A stretch of 64,000 bases of DNA from Mobula birostris (lineage: Eukaryota). Each line of letters opens with the position of its first letter. The first letter of the stretch is position 1. The notes beneath the pieces were generated by a model that was given only the letters and a program-made list of their open reading frames with translations, was not told where the DNA came from and did no database searches. Location of the stretch: positions 97,966,865-98,030,864 of the forward strand of contig NC_092377.1 in assembly GCF_030028105.1 (NCBI RefSeq). The letters are read 5' to 3'. This document shows, piece after piece, positions 62,106 through 64,000 of the stretch. Made by a program: the position numbers and the translations under genes.

Positions 62106-62734
62106 AGCTTGCAAAGACGCTGCTCCTCAGAAAGGTTGACATGGGAGTTCAGAGTCTTGATGAACCTTGGCGCACAAGTTCTTCTGTATTGAGTCCTCCT
62201 GTGCCTCTTCCCCCGAGGACCCCATCCTTGCCTGTATCCTTAAGTACCTGTAGTACAAGTCTCAGGTCATCCAGGAAAATCAGTAAGATCACCACACACA
62301 TACATACCCATTATTCATAACTTTTCTTATAACATGGAAAAAGGCCATTCATCATACCAGGTTGCTGCTGGCTTTCTGAGTAATCCCGTTAATTCCATTT
62401 CCCCACATTTCCCTGTACTCCTCTACCTTGACTCTCCCATTGGCCACTTAAATGACTATTGATTCTACTCAATTAACCAACTATCTTTGGTTAATTGATA
62501 TGTGGAAGGAAATCAGAGCCCCAATTCAATTCAATTCTAGTTTAATTGTCACTCAACCATACATGAATACTCACGAATACAGCCAAATAAGATAACGTTA
62601 CTCCAATGTCAAGATGCGAAGCGTAATACCAACAGTCATACACAGCACAAAGGAAACACAGCACGTACCAGATAGGAAGCACATATAGAATAGCAGTAAA
62701 ATACAACCCCACTATATTATTTATAAAGTATATA

Positions 62735-63560
62735 GGTTATCAAAGGTTCATTTATTCTCAAAGCATGTATCCATATGCAACTCTGAAATTCGTCTTTTCC
62801 AGATAGCCGCAAAATAAATAAAGAACATGGAAGTTGGTCAGAGAGAAACATCAAATCCGCTTCCCCCTATGCAAAAAGAACAGCACCCAATCATCAACCC
62901 AAAACTCCCTTCCTCCTGCATAAAATGAAGCAGGAACATCAATCCCCCCAAAAAACCTCTCTCCACACAAAAAAAAATACTAACAGATAGGTCATCAGCT
63001 CCCCAAACACCCTCCCTTTGTACAATGAAACAGAAAAGTACTGGGCAATAAAAACACAGAATATAAAAACTATAAGTCATAAAAAGTCCACAGACCATAA
63101 ACACAATAGTCCAGTCCATATTTGTAGAACTTCAATGCCATCCTACAATTTCACCAACATTCATCAAAAGAGAGGGGCACCGAACGAGGCGAGAAGCCTA
63201 CCCCCTGCCACAACGAGCCACACAGCAATAGGCCACTCACAGATTTCTTCTCTGACAGCGATTGAAGGGCAAGCAGTTGGCGCTGAACTCTTGCTCAATG
63301 TCTCGATTTTGCTCGATGCTTTAATCTGTGATTAATGGATGTTTTAACTGGCAAAATGGAGTCGAACATCGGCTTGCGCCCTGTCTCGAAGTTTCTTCAC
63401 ATCGAGTTAGGCCAAGCTGTAAACCACAGGCTCTAACAGTCCCAGAAAAACACTTAAGGTGAAAAACAGATGTAAAAGAAGGAAAAAAGACATTTTCTTG
63501 AGTTAGCTGGAAGATGTTGATCAAGGGAGCTTTGTACGCTGATGCCATTTTGACTGGAAG
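62735..63560 (-). mobile_element. Non-coding Rex1-tailed element
   Basis: Tail caaaggttcatttattctcaaagcatgt; 5' end cttccagtcaaaatggcatc. Confidence 0.6.
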
Positions 63561-63683
63561 AGGGATCAGGATAGGTTATGCCAGGGATAGACTAACAGTG
63601 AGAGCATGTAAGCTCCACACAGACAGCACCCATGGTCAGGATTAAAACTGGTCACTGGAGCTTTGAAAGAGTAATACTATTTT

Positions 63684-63898
63684 CAAAATGCTGGAGGAAC
63701 TCAGCAGGCCAGGCAGCATCTATGGAAAAGAGTACAGTCATCGTACAGTCCTGTACTGAGTCTGCCAAAGGGTCTCAGCCCATAACATCGACTGTACTCT
63801 TTTCCATAGATGCTGCCTGGCCTGCTGAGTTCCTCCAGCATTTTGTGTGTGTTGCTTGGATTTCCAGCATCTGCAGATTTTCTCTTGTTTGTGATTTG
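63684..63898. mobile_element. Palindromic Penelope terminal-repeat insertion inside a SINE head
   Basis: Near-perfect inverted arms; TSD aatactattttcaa (63673-63686) / aatactatcttcaa (63899-63912). Confidence 0.9.
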
Positions 63899-64000
63899 AA
63901 TACTATCTTCAACACCACTCTTGCACATGAATGGCAGCTGAAGACAGCAGTTGTCTGTGGCTAGGATACTTCAGAATGGGAGGTGCTCTCTGGACAATAA

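Noticed and set aside
1-64000. CRISPR arrays, operons or other prokaryotic systems
   Set aside because: The sequence is vertebrate intronic DNA; no regularly spaced repeat-spacer array or gene-dense region was seen.

Overview
Eukaryotic, repeat-dense vertebrate DNA, very probably from a cartilaginous fish (ray/shark), judging by HE1-type V-SINEs, HER1/CR1 LINEs and Deu-SINE remnants. Only one host exon is recognisable: a 119-nt coding exon (14754-14872, +) matching parkin (PRKN) exon 4 (start of RING0), so the window is PRKN intron 3, exon 4 and intron 4. The ORF track misses this exon, and nearly all listed ORFs are transposon fragments or their antisense shadows. The rest is nested CR1, Rex1/Babar, RTE, L2, Penelope, Gypsy, hAT and Tc1/mariner elements and SINEs. 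Three RNA-level observations stand out: (1) a complete HDV-like ribozyme fold at the 5' end of a non-coding RTE-derived element (5821-5999, -); (2) about ten Penelope terminal-repeat insertions carrying a minimal type I hammerhead motif, half of them as head-to-head palindromes and three with 11-14 bp target-site duplications (TSDs); (3) a candidate frame-preserving 36-nt Cys-rich cassette exon in PRKN intron 4. Family names come from motif recognition, not database searches; ends of old elements are approximate.
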